64,000 bases of DNA from positions 67,210,001 to 67,274,000 of the forward strand of contig NW_024704743.1 of NCBI RefSeq assembly GCF_018977255.1, in the 5' to 3' direction. The notes under the pieces were generated by a model that was given only the letters and a program-made list of their open reading frames with translations, ran no database searches and was not told the DNA's origin. The stretch comes from Callorhinchus milii. Lineage: Eukaryota. The translations under genes were made by a program, and so were the position numbers. How positions within the stretch are numbered: position 1 is the first letter of the stretch; every line of letters starts with the position of its first letter. Below, in pieces: positions 49,861-62,074 of the stretch.

Positions 49861-52800
49861 AATGAACTAAGCACTGAATCCACTCTGCCAGCCAGAGCCA
49901 AACCTTGCTGGAAACACGATTCTAAAGTGCTATTTTATAAAGTGCAATCTTAAATTAGGTTGTCATTGAAGGTATGCTATTACTTCACATCCTGAAAAAG
50001 TAATTTAGTCATCCAATGCTTCATTTTATCTGATTTTAAAGCTACTATCACAGATTTCAACACATCACGTCTGTCATTTTTGCTCTAGTCTGCAATGACT
50101 CACTGAAAACGCGGACAAATTCCGAACAGAAGATGCATGAATTGTATCAGCTGGATGCCAGCTGACCTTCACAGTAAATAGACTTTTAAAAGTCATCCAG
50201 CTTTGAATTTACAAAACTGAACTTTTTTTATTTTGCTAAAAGATTATTTTCTTCCAATTCCATGGAATATCTCTCCATTCCAGAGTCTTTGCTGTCAGGT
50301 ATTCTTTTGCTCCTACACTCAACAGGCATCTTGTGGAAAAGTCAGACATTATATAATGATCTGACTGAACTACATGCACAGTTGATGGATAAGTAACTAA
50401 CACATGCAAGTGTTGTCAGGTTCTAAGACTGCCAGTTTTGATGTAATGTGTGCACTTTAACTACTTTGCTGCCAAACTGGCAAGAACACAGTCTTCCAGA
50501 TAAGTTGATCATGGCTCTTTGTGTGACTGTTGTGTGCCATTGGCTGCCACATTTGCTGAGAAATACACACTGACTTCACTTGATACCTATGAATTACCTC
50601 TGAAGCTCTTGGGAGATTTTTCAACAATATAGATGCCACATCAAATGTAAGGGTCATTAGATTTACAGGGAGCAAGTATTCTTCCCTTTCAGTCCCTGTT
50701 AATGCTAGAAGCCAAAGCTCTAATGGTTAGCCTATCTGGACAAACAGCAAGAAGCTTGCCAGAGAGTGTTCTCAATGGCAAGCTATGTGATTTTACCTTG
50801 TTAAACTCCATTACTGCCCCCAGCACACACTCGCCAACCTGCACCTAATACTCTCTCAAATTAGGTAAAGCAGAATGAGTCCCTCAGTGAGAGTGTGTAT
50901 TCCATTCTAGATACAGGGAAATTTCCATGTGTTGGTGGCAAACATATATGGAACTTTCAGACTTGTTTGAATACTCCTAAAAGTTGTGATGGATTTCCAA
51001 ATATAATTCTTAGATTTTTTCATTCCACTTCAGATGTTCTCTGGCCAAGAGGGCAAGGCAGTAATGTGCAACTCAAATAGTGGCAATGCAGATGATGCCA
51101 GAGCTTACTGACAGATGGGTATGTGTAGAAATGGGTTTGAGTGACAGGGAAAGTCTAGGGTTCAAAGCCCCTAATGTCTCGTTAACAGTCAAGCAGTTTT
51201 CGGCTCGTGCTACCGGAGATTAATTTATAAACTCTACCGCCGATTCCGAAGGCTTGCAAGTAGCATTACTATTCTTTACCAGCAAGGTGGTACAATGAAA
51301 CACAATAATGCCTGCCCTCCTTGCTGCTGGATATTCCATTTTTCTTGCTGCAATAACCATAGTGGAGGTCTGTGACAGTATTTCAACATGATGACTGTTT
51401 GCAGGAAACATATTTTTATGGATCCTTCTGTGATGGATGGCTCAAGGTTTAGGTTGACAGATGGTTCTGCCTCACCACACTGCTAAAGAAACCAATATGT
51501 TCTTCTATTAATGTGTTCCTATTGTCAACGAGTCTGTCTGGCTGCATGCCACACAGTCGCACTGTGTATGTTTATTACTTTCACAGTTTCTTGTCTTTAG
51601 TAACCTTACTGCTTTAATGTCATTTTTAGGATTTTCCAGTTCTGCCAGGAGTACAATACAAACTGTGCAGCCAGTGTCTGATCATCAATGCACTGTTCAC
51701 CCAATGAATTCTGTGAAACATGGTCTCCCCTATAGTCCAAATTTTAAAGGCATTTTTACATAGTTACATTTTTACATAGTTGTTAAAAATTAACCAGCTT
51801 GCAAATAAATTATGACTGAATTAAGGCATTTTCAGAAATTCATGCAATTGTAAATTGAAAGCAAAATAATTTAAGGGCCAAGACTCAATGGAATTCAGGA
51901 CTTGCTGTGTGGAGCTCTTGCCTGTCTCGTGCTAACTCTTACCTCCATTCAACCTCTATTCTATTCAAGTTGCAAATTTTCTAGGTATAAAATGGCAATG
52001 GTGACAATTTGGGCTGATCCTTAACAGGGTTATAGCAGGAGGAAGAAATTGACCATTTGTTTCTCGAATGGATGGTGGATATTGAATATGGAGGTAATAT
52101 GAAACCGGTACAATTCAAATATATTGGCATTCAGAAATTGGGGTAAGTAGTGTGGCGAAAAATAGGAATATTTTTCATGTCTTTACAATGGGAAATCATA
52201 GAAATTACAATATGGGAGAAGGTCATTCAACCCATCATGCTAGTTCCTCAACTCTAAACCTAAATCCTTGCTCTTCCCCTATATCCTTTTATATTGCGTT
52301 TCTTCAGTGTTTTTCCATTCCCCTTAAATGTTATAATATTAGTCTCATAATATAACACTCATGGCAAAGCATTGTATAGTCTGAAAACACTGTATGAAAA
52401 AAATTTTCTAATCCCCTCAACTCTTCCAGTGACAATCGTGATCTTATGCCATTAAGTGAAGGCAAATGCTGTCAACTGGCATTAAAACTACACATAGCAC
52501 ACCAAATTGCATTACTATGCACAATGCTAGGATATATTCAGAGAACTTTAAAAGAAAGCAATTTTTTACCACAGCCAGGGAGTGATGTGATTTAATTAAC
52601 AGTGTTACAGTGTGCTTGTGATCTGCAAGTCTTCCAACTCAATTGGGCATTCAAAGAAGATAGACTTGTAAATTAAATTATGCCATTACTATTCCAATCT
52701 AAGGCAAACACCAGCAACATTATATAAATCAATTTTCTATGGCTTGAAGACATGCCTGTTTTCTACAGCTTGAATGAACTCTCTGCAAATTGGATAGTAG

Positions 52801-52981
52801 AAATTACATGCTCGAGAGACGAATAAGGAGGGTTGTTAGAGGTGTTCATGATGTATGTTTGCACGCTGTCTTATGAGCCTTCATTACGTTTTGACTGTTA
52901 TTTCAATCCATTAATGCATGTAGATAGTGGGATAGACACCATTACAGACATCAGCGATAGACATTTCATTAAACCAATTTT

Positions 52982-53297
52982 AGTCCTGTAGCTCAGTGGT
53001 TAGAGCACTCGCTTTGCAAGCGAGAGACCTGGGTTCGATTCCAGGCAGGGCGAAACCTTGGGCAAGTTTCCTTACTCCACACGCCTAATAATAATCCCTC
53101 CAAAAAACAAAAACAATAATAAATTGGTCATTTTCAATCCACGACTGCTTGTGGGACACTGCTGTGCGCAATTGGCTGCCGCGTTTCGCCCACAAATATA
53201 CAGTCACTTCACTTTACAGCATATTCTGTGAAGCGCTTTGAGTCATCTGGAAGATGTGAAAAGCGCTATATCAAATGCAAGGATTATCATTATTATT
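52982..53297 (+). mobile_element. Near-full-length tRNA(Ala)-SINE with consensus A and B boxes
   Basis: tagctcagtggttagagc, perfect anticodon stem ctcgc/gcgag around TGC, and ggttcgattcc. Confidence 0.93.
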
Positions 53298-54619
53298 TAA
53301 CCTTGGTCCGTGTTTCTCACTTAAATCCACTTTACAGTGAAGTGCTTTGAGATGTCTTGCCAATGTGATAAGGCTTTATATCAAATGCAAGGATTATTAT
53401 TATTACCTGATTTACTACCTCTCATTTTCGACAGATGCATCCATCGGGTAATAATAATAATTTTTTTTCTTTTTGAAAACAAATCTATCAATATGAGAAA
53501 ATGTCTGGAGGGTATTTAGAACATTTCTAAAGATGTTGGAGGTATAATTTTATAACATAATAATACTCTTTGCATTTGATATTTGGGGGAGTTCTGCATT
53601 GTTGAAGTTGATACCCTTTGGATCAGACACTAAAACCGAGTCTCATCTGCTCTTTAGGGGGATATTAAAGAACCCATGGCACTATCTGAAAAAAGGAGGG
53701 CATTTCTCTCAAGTGTAGTAGCAAACAATCCTCAGAAAAAAACAATCATTTACTCAATGGCTGTTTGTTGAACATTGTTGTGTGTTCTGAGCAGTGTTCC
53801 GACATGCAATCTTGCGTGAAGGCTGCAATAAAATGTGAGTTGTTGTGTGCAAAATTGGCTGCCGCATTTGCCTATGAAATAGTCATTATACTTTACAGTA
53901 TATTCTATGAAGCTCTTTGTATCTGATGATATGAAAAGCGCTCTGTCAAATGCAAGATTCATATTATCTCACAAGTACTTAACCGGCCAACAAATACATT
54001 TTCTTGATTGAATATTTCTTGATTTATGCCATAAATCAAGAAATATTAAATGCAGAAAAACTGGAAACACTCTGCTGTCTTAAAAGAGACTCATTCAAAC
54101 TAGTGCAAATGTTCAGTGGGTCACTTCTTGATGGCCTCTGTGGTTTATTTCCCACCCAAGGGCCATGGGTTGGTCATCAATGTACTAAAGTGAAGTGACT
54201 ATATATTTTTTTAGGAATTTTGCATTAGACCTAATGACATCATGGTAACTTCACAAGACAGGAAAAATTTAGGATTGTTTGAACATTTTAACACTGCTTG
54301 CATGATGTATCGAGCTTCTGGATTTTTGATTGCAAAAATCAAAGGAAGAAGCATGTTCTATGCAAATATACCAGTCAAAGCTGATTTGTACTAATAACAA
54401 CATCACTCGCTTTGGGGAGAAATTCCTCTTCGGTCTAGAATTACTCTATTAAAGTGACATTTGAGGACATACAGAATTTAGCAAATTGCTGAATTCAGTC
54501 TTAATTTGAAAGTAATTTTTAGTATTCTTAAAAGAAACGTAGAGAAACTTAAAAAATGAAGGCTGTATTTATGAATCTGCCATATTATGGACACTCTGAA
54601 ATGCTACATAAGAGGAAAT

Positions 54620-55600
54620 CTAAATGGTTTCTCCTTCTGCCCCTGCCCGGTCACCTGCGGGATACATCAGGGCTCCATCCTTGGCTCTCTATTTTTCCTT
54701 ATCTATACTCTCCCTCTGAGCGATGTCATCCGCAGACACAGGGTAAACTTCCACACATATGCGGATGATACATAAATCTACTTTGCCTCCTCCAGTACCA
54801 ACTCCAGGTCCGCCGATGTTCTATCAACTTGTCTGATAGACATCAAGGCCTGGAGGAGTGTAAACTTCCTGCAGCTGAATGTGGACATGATGGAAGCCAT
54901 ACTCCTTGGCTCCCGTAAACATCTTCACTCCTGTGGATCTAAACTCCTCAACCTCCCTGGGCTCTCCCTCAGACTCATCAAACCAGTCCGCAATCAGGGC
55001 ATCCGGTTCGCCCAGCAGCTGTTCTTCCTCCACCACATGCGGTCCCTGACCAGGACCGCCTACTTCCACCTCTGCTACATTGCCTGCCTTCTGACCGTAC
55101 CTTACCCCAAATGCAGCCGAAACATGTGCATGTGTTTGTCACCCCCCGCTTGAATTACTCCAACGCATTCCTCGCTGGTCTCCCCAGCTCCACTATTCAA
55201 AAGATCTAGCTCATTCAGAACTCTGACGCCCACATATGGACCAAACTCCGTACCCACATCTCACCAGTTCTGGTCAGGCTCCACTGGCTCCCCATCACCG
55301 AACGGATTGACTTCAAGATACTCACACTCATATTCAAATCCATTCACTCCCTGGCACCTCCCTTCCTCTCCGACCTCCTCACTCCACATTCCAACACCCG
55401 GCGCTTCCGCTCAACTGGCACCGGCCTCCTGCTCATCCCTCGCACCCTCTGCCCCACTACCGGATGTTGCGCTTTCAGCCACTATGCCCCAAAACTCTGA
55501 AACACTCTCCCTCAAACCCTTCGCCTTGCCCTCCCACCCTCCCATCTTTTAAGTCCCAACTGAAAACCTTCCTCTTCAAAAAGAGCTATCCAATTCAATC
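54620..55600 (+). mobile_element. Old L2 RT/C-terminal fragment
   Basis: [13 protein letters not shown] and [15 protein letters not shown]-type segment. Confidence 0.88.
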
Positions 55601-55689
55601 TCACTCCCCTGCTCTCTTTCCTAGCCCTGCAAAATTGTCCTCCCCAAATAATTATCTACTTCTCTCTTAAAACGTTGTTGTCGAATCAG

Positions 55690-55870
55690 GTTTCCATTTT
55701 CTTCTTTATTTTTCTTGTCCTGCCTCCCCCCTCTCTGTTAGCCCTTTAAAGCCTCTCCCTCCCAGCATGTCCCAGTTCTGACAAAGTGTCGTGGATCTGA
55801 AACGTTGACTCACTTTCCTTTCTCCATAGATGCTGCCTGACCTGCTGAGTGTTCCCAGCGACTTCTGTTT
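55690..55870 (+). mobile_element. Penelope-like element terminal-repeat fragment carrying a decayed hammerhead motif (55773-55810)
   Basis: cagttctgacaaagtgtcgtggatctgaaacgttgact...tctccatagatgctgcctgacctgctgagtgttcccagc, homologous to 61560-61665. Confidence 0.7.
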
Positions 55871-56204
55871 AATATTATGTTAATATAATTTACATATTTT
55901 ATAATTATGTACCTCTTTTCTCCCTCTGCACCAAATTCCCACTCTCATCAAATTCCTTGATAGGATTCTCACTCAATTCCCTCCTCACATTGCTGGGCTC
56001 TCTGCTCAAGTGAAGCTTTCACAAGTCTTCTCCTTTATATGGGACTCAAACAAAAGCACCCAGTTTCGACTGGTCATCAGTTTTTAATCTCCAACTGGCC
56101 TATATTAACTGCTAATTGACTTGTATGCCTGCTTACATGTAAGGTTGCCTCTACCTCAAGATAGATTTCCCACTCTTCTGCTGAATGAAAGAGTTCTCTC
56201 TTGC

Positions 56205-56411
56205 ATCTCTCTTGCCCTCTGGTATCTCTCTTGCTCTCTGGTATCTCTCTTGCTCTCTGGTATCTCTCTTGCCCTCTGGTATCTCTTTTGCCCTCTGGTA
56301 TCTCTCTTGCCCTCTGGTATCTCTCTTGCTCTCTGGTATCTCTCTTGCTCTCTGGTATCTCTCTTGCCCTCTGGTATCTCTCTTGCCCTCTGGTATCTCT
56401 CTTGCTCTCTT
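56205..56411. repeat. 19-bp minisatellite (CTCTGGTATCTCTCTTGCY), ~11 units
   Basis: Directly visible tandem array; it explains the repetitive ORFs at 56121-56597. Confidence 0.95.
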
Positions 56412-59249
56412 GCTAGGCTCGCTGCTCCTAAACTTTTTCACATTCATTATTACAGCTGATGAATGTAACATTACAGAATTGTAATGAAATGTGAAAGGCT
56501 GACTTCTGCCCCTGCAGCATTTGTTCCGTTTGGTCTCTTGCCAAACTTGTACTAATCCTCCAACAACAACAACAACAAAATTACATTTATAGAGCACCTT
56601 TCACGTTGGGAGGACGTCCCGAAGTGTTGAACAGTCAGATGTCGGTGCCCGTCGGGGTCAGATGTCCACTCTTCTATTTGGATGGTTTAGGTACTAGATC
56701 TCCTAATATGAAACGTTATTTCTGACACATTTTTCTTCTCTAATTCTAATAATAATCCTTACATTTGGTAAAGAGTCTTTCATGTCAGAAGGACCTCTCA
56801 AAGCGCTTCATAGGATATATGGTGGAGTGTAGTGACTGTAATTTGTAAGCAAATATGGCAGCCAATTTCCACAAGCAGCCATGAAATAAATAATATTGAT
56901 GAAAGAATTTCCCTCCATTGCCCCATTCTGCTCATCGTGATCAAGCTTGCGTTCTGATTTGAAGTGTGGTGATGGATCTGGGTGGTGCAATGCAGGTGTT
57001 GCACAGTTTTTTAGGAAACTTTTAGGGTCTATAACCCAATCCCATTATAAGGTGAAACATGTTATAAAGTGATTTTACCTTTTAACACATGTTGTTGCGT
57101 TCTTTTCTAAAATGTAATATCTTGGTTGTTGTGCAACCAAGGTATGGATATTCTAAAGCTTCTTAATGTATGGATAATTATAAAAGGCTCTTAAAACCTC
57201 TCACATGAATCACTTTACTAACTGATTATGTTCTATAGAAACAAAAACCAAGTTTAATTTTTTAAATATCTAAATTGGTTTGAAGTCTGACTGATTTAAA
57301 ATAAAATTGTGATAATTCTGTTTGTCTCGGATTCAAATCTAAATTCAGATTGCCTTTCAAGGTTAAAAATAGCAAGCCCTTGGTAGCTGTAATGCAATTA
57401 TTTAATGGTTGCTTGCCGCACAATTTTACCAAAAGCTAAAGAAAACATAAAAATAAAATTTGCTGCGAAACCAGGTAATTGCAGTTATTGTAATGGCTTA
57501 CAATTTGTGAAATGCCATCTATGTTTCTGATTTAGATTTTCTGTGTTCAGGTTGGAAACACTTTGACTGGCTTAACATTCGTGTCGTATCCCATTTCTGC
57601 ATGAAATAACAGATAGTAGGCAGTGAATTATAACCACCAGTTCAACCCAGCAGTTAGGATGAAATCATAGAGCACCAGAAGGTAGGTTAAAGTGTTTCTG
57701 AGTATCTGCAGAGCTTCCCAAACTCACTGTCAGTTAATTGTTAACATACTGTGTTTTTGAATGGGAAATGATTCAGCTGGGGACCATCTATTAATAAAAT
57801 AATATTAATCCTTGCATTTGATATGATGTCCTTCAGTTCAGGAGGGAGCGCTTCACAAGATATACTGAAAAGTGCAGAGACTGTATTTTGTAGGCGAATG
57901 CAGCAGCAAATCTGTATTCAGCAGTGTCCCAGAAACAGCCTTGAAGTGATTGATCAATTTTTTATTTGGGGAATTGTTGGTCAGACATCGAGAGAAAATC
58001 ACTTCTTTAACGTCCAACTGAACAGGCAGACAGGACCTCGGTTTAACATCTTATCCAAAGGACGACACTTTCAACAATGCAGTGTAACCCCAGCACTGCA
58101 TTGGGAGTGTTAGCCTACCCCAGACCATGTGTTCAATGTCCTGATATGGGGCTTGAACCCACGACCATCTGACACAGATGTGAGAGTGCTACCAAATTCA
58201 CAATGCATTAGTGACTCAAACTTGAAAGAATGCTGGAATTATAGCAACAACCCTACCAACCCAGCCACTTCCTTTGTTCAGCAACCACTAACCTGCTTCA
58301 TGTCCTCGTGCTATTTACCCTATCATTGGAGGGTGAACTTTCAGCCAATCTGCTCCTTCTCTACTGAATCTCTCTTCCGGAGTCCCTCTGACTTATTCCC
58401 TTCCTCCCCACTTTGAAAGCCTGCCTCAAAACATATCTCTTTGATCGTGCTTCCAGTCATCTTTCCCTTCGCCACTGACTTTGGCTCCCATCCCCAGCTC
58501 AGGTGCCCAAGTGGCATATCAAGCACTTGGAGGTGTCCTCCCAGTGTGAAAAGTGCTGTGTAAATGTGTATTGCCTTGTCTCCTTTGATGGCATGCTAGC
58601 AAATGGGTTCAAACCTAACCCTGTTGAGATTGGGAGATACACATCAGAAGAAAGACTGTTACAGACTCTCCCAACCTCAACAGGGATAGAGGACAACTGG
58701 AGAGAGACAGACTTCTCTCACACATTATCTCACAGATAGTTTCTATAGATCATGGTTCTTTTTTTAATGTAATTACAATTATTTTTCTAATTTTCTCCCC
58801 ATTGGCATATGCTCTATTTCTGGTCCACTTGCTGTGGTGTGGTGCTAATTGGGTACCCCATCCAAGTGGCCTTTATTCACATGGGAGTATCAGCAGGTCA
58901 TTCGACTATAGAGGGTGTCACAACTCGTGGTTGCCCTCTACTCACCCAGCCGCCACACACATATACGTTACCAGTAGAATGCGCTCAGGAGCTACCAGGA
59001 TGAGGGCCCCGGCTGGCTTTACCCTCATTAATTCTGGGAATTTAACCTTTCCATGTAGCCCTGGTTGACACCAGCAAAGTTGACATGGAGTGGGATTCAA
59101 ACCAGCGAGCTCTCAGTTCAGAAGTTGCAGCTCTATCCAATACACCATCAGGGCTGTCCCACATGGTTTGTTCTTTATTCTTTATGTCCTTGAACAAATG
59201 TTGCTGCGTGCTACTAATGCAATTCTCTTGTCAAGCTGTGTACAAGCAG

Positions 59250-59530
59250 TTCACAAGGTCACAAGATTTGTTTGGATGAAGAAGGCTCTTTAACCCATCT
59301 GATCTCATCGCTCCAGAATATCTACCCTCGCATCCTCCCATCACAACATCAAGCTGCTTTTTATACGTCCAGGGTTCTGGCCTCCACTATCGTTCCTGGC
59401 AACCTGTTCTAGTCGCTAATTACTCTCTGAGTAAAGCAAAATGTCTTGGCATCTGTTCTGAAATTGCCCTGTGTAACTCTAAACCTATGTCCTCTTGTCC
59501 TACTGCCTTGGTGCATCCTGAAGTAGTCCT
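59250..59530 (-). mobile_element. Old CR1 3' fragment
   Basis: cacaaggtcacaagat tail repeats; cctatgtcctcttgt reads as TRGHR on the minus strand. Confidence 0.65.
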
Positions 59531-61559
59531 TATAGAATGGTTGTTATGATTCAAAACAATTATTTTTTAATATGTTTTAATTTTTATTTTAATTAGGTGA
59601 AATCAAAGCTAACCTTGTTAGCCATTTATCACCAGTGATAAACGGCTAAATATTTGATGAGAATGCCTTTGCCAATTTGGTGTTTGCCATAATTTAATCG
59701 GACATCTGGTTCACGGCAAAAAAATGCAAACTTTTGTGGGAGGTCTGTTATGATGACTAATTTTTTTGAATAGAAATTTCAGCCCTGAGACAGGGTTGAC
59801 TGTCTGAGTGACAGGGTTGACTGTCTGAGTGTCTGAGTAACAGAATGACTGAGTTTGAAATTTGAAATGATTTATTGATGAAATCTCATTATTGTGAAAT
59901 AAAAGGAAAAGAAAATAGAAGACTATCTGGAATTGTCAGATTGGTCATAAATCCGAGTACATTTTCATAAGTTGATAAGTTGTAGGTGTTCGCCCAAAAA
60001 CAGTCACTACATTTTACAGTAAATCTTGTGAAGCACTTTAAGATCTTCTCTCAATGTGAAAGGTGCTATAAAAATTATAAGGATTATTATCAGAAAAGTT
60101 GCAGCATATTTGAGCAATGGTATGATATTTATCTCTCATTCTTGTTCTTGGTTATAAAAAGTCTGAAAAGATAATGATCTATCACCCTCACCCTCTCCTC
60201 AGAACAATGTCCCCCACTATGTACTCTACTTAATCCCCTGAGAGAGGGATTCATTCACAGGAAAGACCTTTAAGAAGATAACATGCTGTGTTATTTGTCC
60301 CTGACACCAAAGGCAATCAAGAAAACTTCCAGAATATTAATCCAACCTTGTAACTCGCTCTATTTAACTGTGCCTTGTTACATTACACAGTTTATCTCTA
60401 TCCCAATAACCTCTATCTCTATCCCAATAACCTTCAATCTCATTCTTAATTAGATACTTATCTAACTCTTATACTGTGTATACTATTGAGAGAGGAACCT
60501 AATTACTCGTATATGTCACTCTTCACATGGGAATTTCCATGTGTAAGTGGGATTCGTGGAACTCTCAGTTTGGTTTGGATACTCTTAAGCATTCTGATGG
60601 GTTTTTGCATGTGTCAGACATCCGACTTACCAAATAAAATATCACTCTCCCCATTGCATAGCTCAAAGCATTAATAATTGGAGAAGGGAGCAGAAAGTTA
60701 TGGGGTGAGACGAGGGAAGGGTAATTAGGTTGGGAGAAACTCATGTGGAGTATAAACCCCAGCAGAAACTAGTTGGACTGTATGGCCTGTTTCAGTGCTA
60801 TAGCTTCTATGTAATTCTATACAATCTATGAAATTCTATACAATGCAATGATTTTGTATTGTATTGTAATCATGTTCTGACCATGGACTATATGCAGAAC
60901 ACTGAAGCACTGAAAATGTGCAAAAACATTGAAACATAGTGTGTTGAAAGTTCCTCAGTTGTTGAATGGACCATTTGGGAGGTTTCAACGAACAGAAAAT
61001 ATGGGAAAGGAAAGCCAGTGCAATTGGCACAACCATGCATATACAACAGAGGTGCACATCTTACTGCATGCAACATCTTATTAAGAGGAGTGTGACCCCA
61101 GAATAACTTGTTTTGCCTGAACCTTCATTTAGATTACATGTTTGGCGGGAGATTCACAGAGAAACATACAATATAAAGGCAGCAGTGAAGAAATGGAAAG
61201 ATCATTTGCTTTTTTCTTCTTCTGGGAATCTAATATTCTACATTCACAGCACTCTGAAGAAAAAAAGGAAATTCCTTCTAATCTTTCCATTTGTTAGAGC
61301 CATGTTAATTTTACCCTCGAGTCCTGTAGCTTTGCAATCATGAACTAATTAAGTAATCTGTTTTCATCTATGTCATCTACTTTCATCTAATATTCCTGTT
61401 GCTGCTAAGACCCCTGCAGAAAGAGAAAAAATGCTGCGGTTAGACTGGTGCCTCCTCCTAGTCCTCTTACAAGGCAACAGCTCTATTCATCCTCAGCTAA
61501 AATGAGGACAAAAACAGGAAGCAAAGTGACGTTTGTGAAAACTGTCAGTAAATACAACT

Positions 61560-61710
61560 CAAAACAAAAACTGAAGTTGCTGGGAACACTCAGCAGGTCA
61601 GGCTGCATCTATAGAGAAAGGAAAATGAGTCAACATTTCGGGTCCACGACCCTTCGTCGGAACAGATTTGTTTTCAGATTTCCAGCATTTGCAGTATTTT
61701 GCGGTTTGTA
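61560..61710 (-). mobile_element. Penelope-like element fragment with hammerhead motif (61628-61665) and a probable inverted end piece (61666-61710)
   Basis: Minus strand reads ctgttccgacgaagggtcgtggacccgaaatgttgactcattttcctttctctatagatgcagcctgacctgctgagtgttcccagc. Confidence 0.7.
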
Positions 61711-61940
61711 GTAAATATACCTCACTTGGTAATCCTCTACCTTTTGTTGTCTGCACACCAATAATAACTTGCACTTACACCTTTCACATAGGATGAGTGT
61801 CTCAAAACATTTCATATTGGATGAATGTCTCAAAGCCTTTCACAAAGATACACAGGAATCAGAGAAATGCAAACCTAATTGTAGCCTTGTTCCATCTTTC
61901 TGCATGTGACAGCTTTGTTGCCTCATTATAAATGCTTTAC

Positions 61941-62074
61941 CTGAAGAAGCAGATCTTTTCCCTGTCTGCTGATGTTCACACTGTGTGGCTGCCCATTAGC
62001 CAGGTTCCTTTGATCCAGATCAATCTTATATGGTTCCTTCGTACCTCCTAGACTGTACCGAATCTGTAGACTTC
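61941..62074 (-). CDS. CNTNAP2: CNTNAP2 (contactin-associated protein-like 2 / Caspr2) internal exon, 134 nt, LamG4 region (equivalent to human exon 20 as I recall the structure)
   Basis: Acceptor ttcttacag|GA and donor CAG|gtaaag on the minus strand. Translates as (G)[44 protein letters not shown], closely matching remembered human Caspr2 [45 protein letters not shown]. Ends in phase 0. Confidence 0.93.

Larger units (their letters stand above)
42719..61940 (-). other. CNTNAP2: CNTNAP2 GT-AG intron (19.2 kb) between the two exons
   Basis: Bounded by the donor and acceptor above; the joined exons give a continuous Caspr2-like peptide. Confidence 0.88.

Noticed and set aside
52982..53050. tRNA-Ala(TGC) gene
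   Set aside because: The acceptor stem is not properly paired and the sequence runs straight into the SINE body, so it is a SINE head; the same applies at 30050, 33273 and 45004.
56062..56085. Third hammerhead-like motif on the minus strand (CTGATGA-CCAGTC-GAAAC)
   Set aside because: No stem II can form between the boxes and the stem I/III partners are unconvincing; probably chance or too decayed to call.
56121..56597. Repetitive membrane-protein-like ORFs / CRISPR-like array
   Set aside because: These are translations of a spacer-less 19-bp tandem repeat; there are no unique spacers and the context is eukaryotic.
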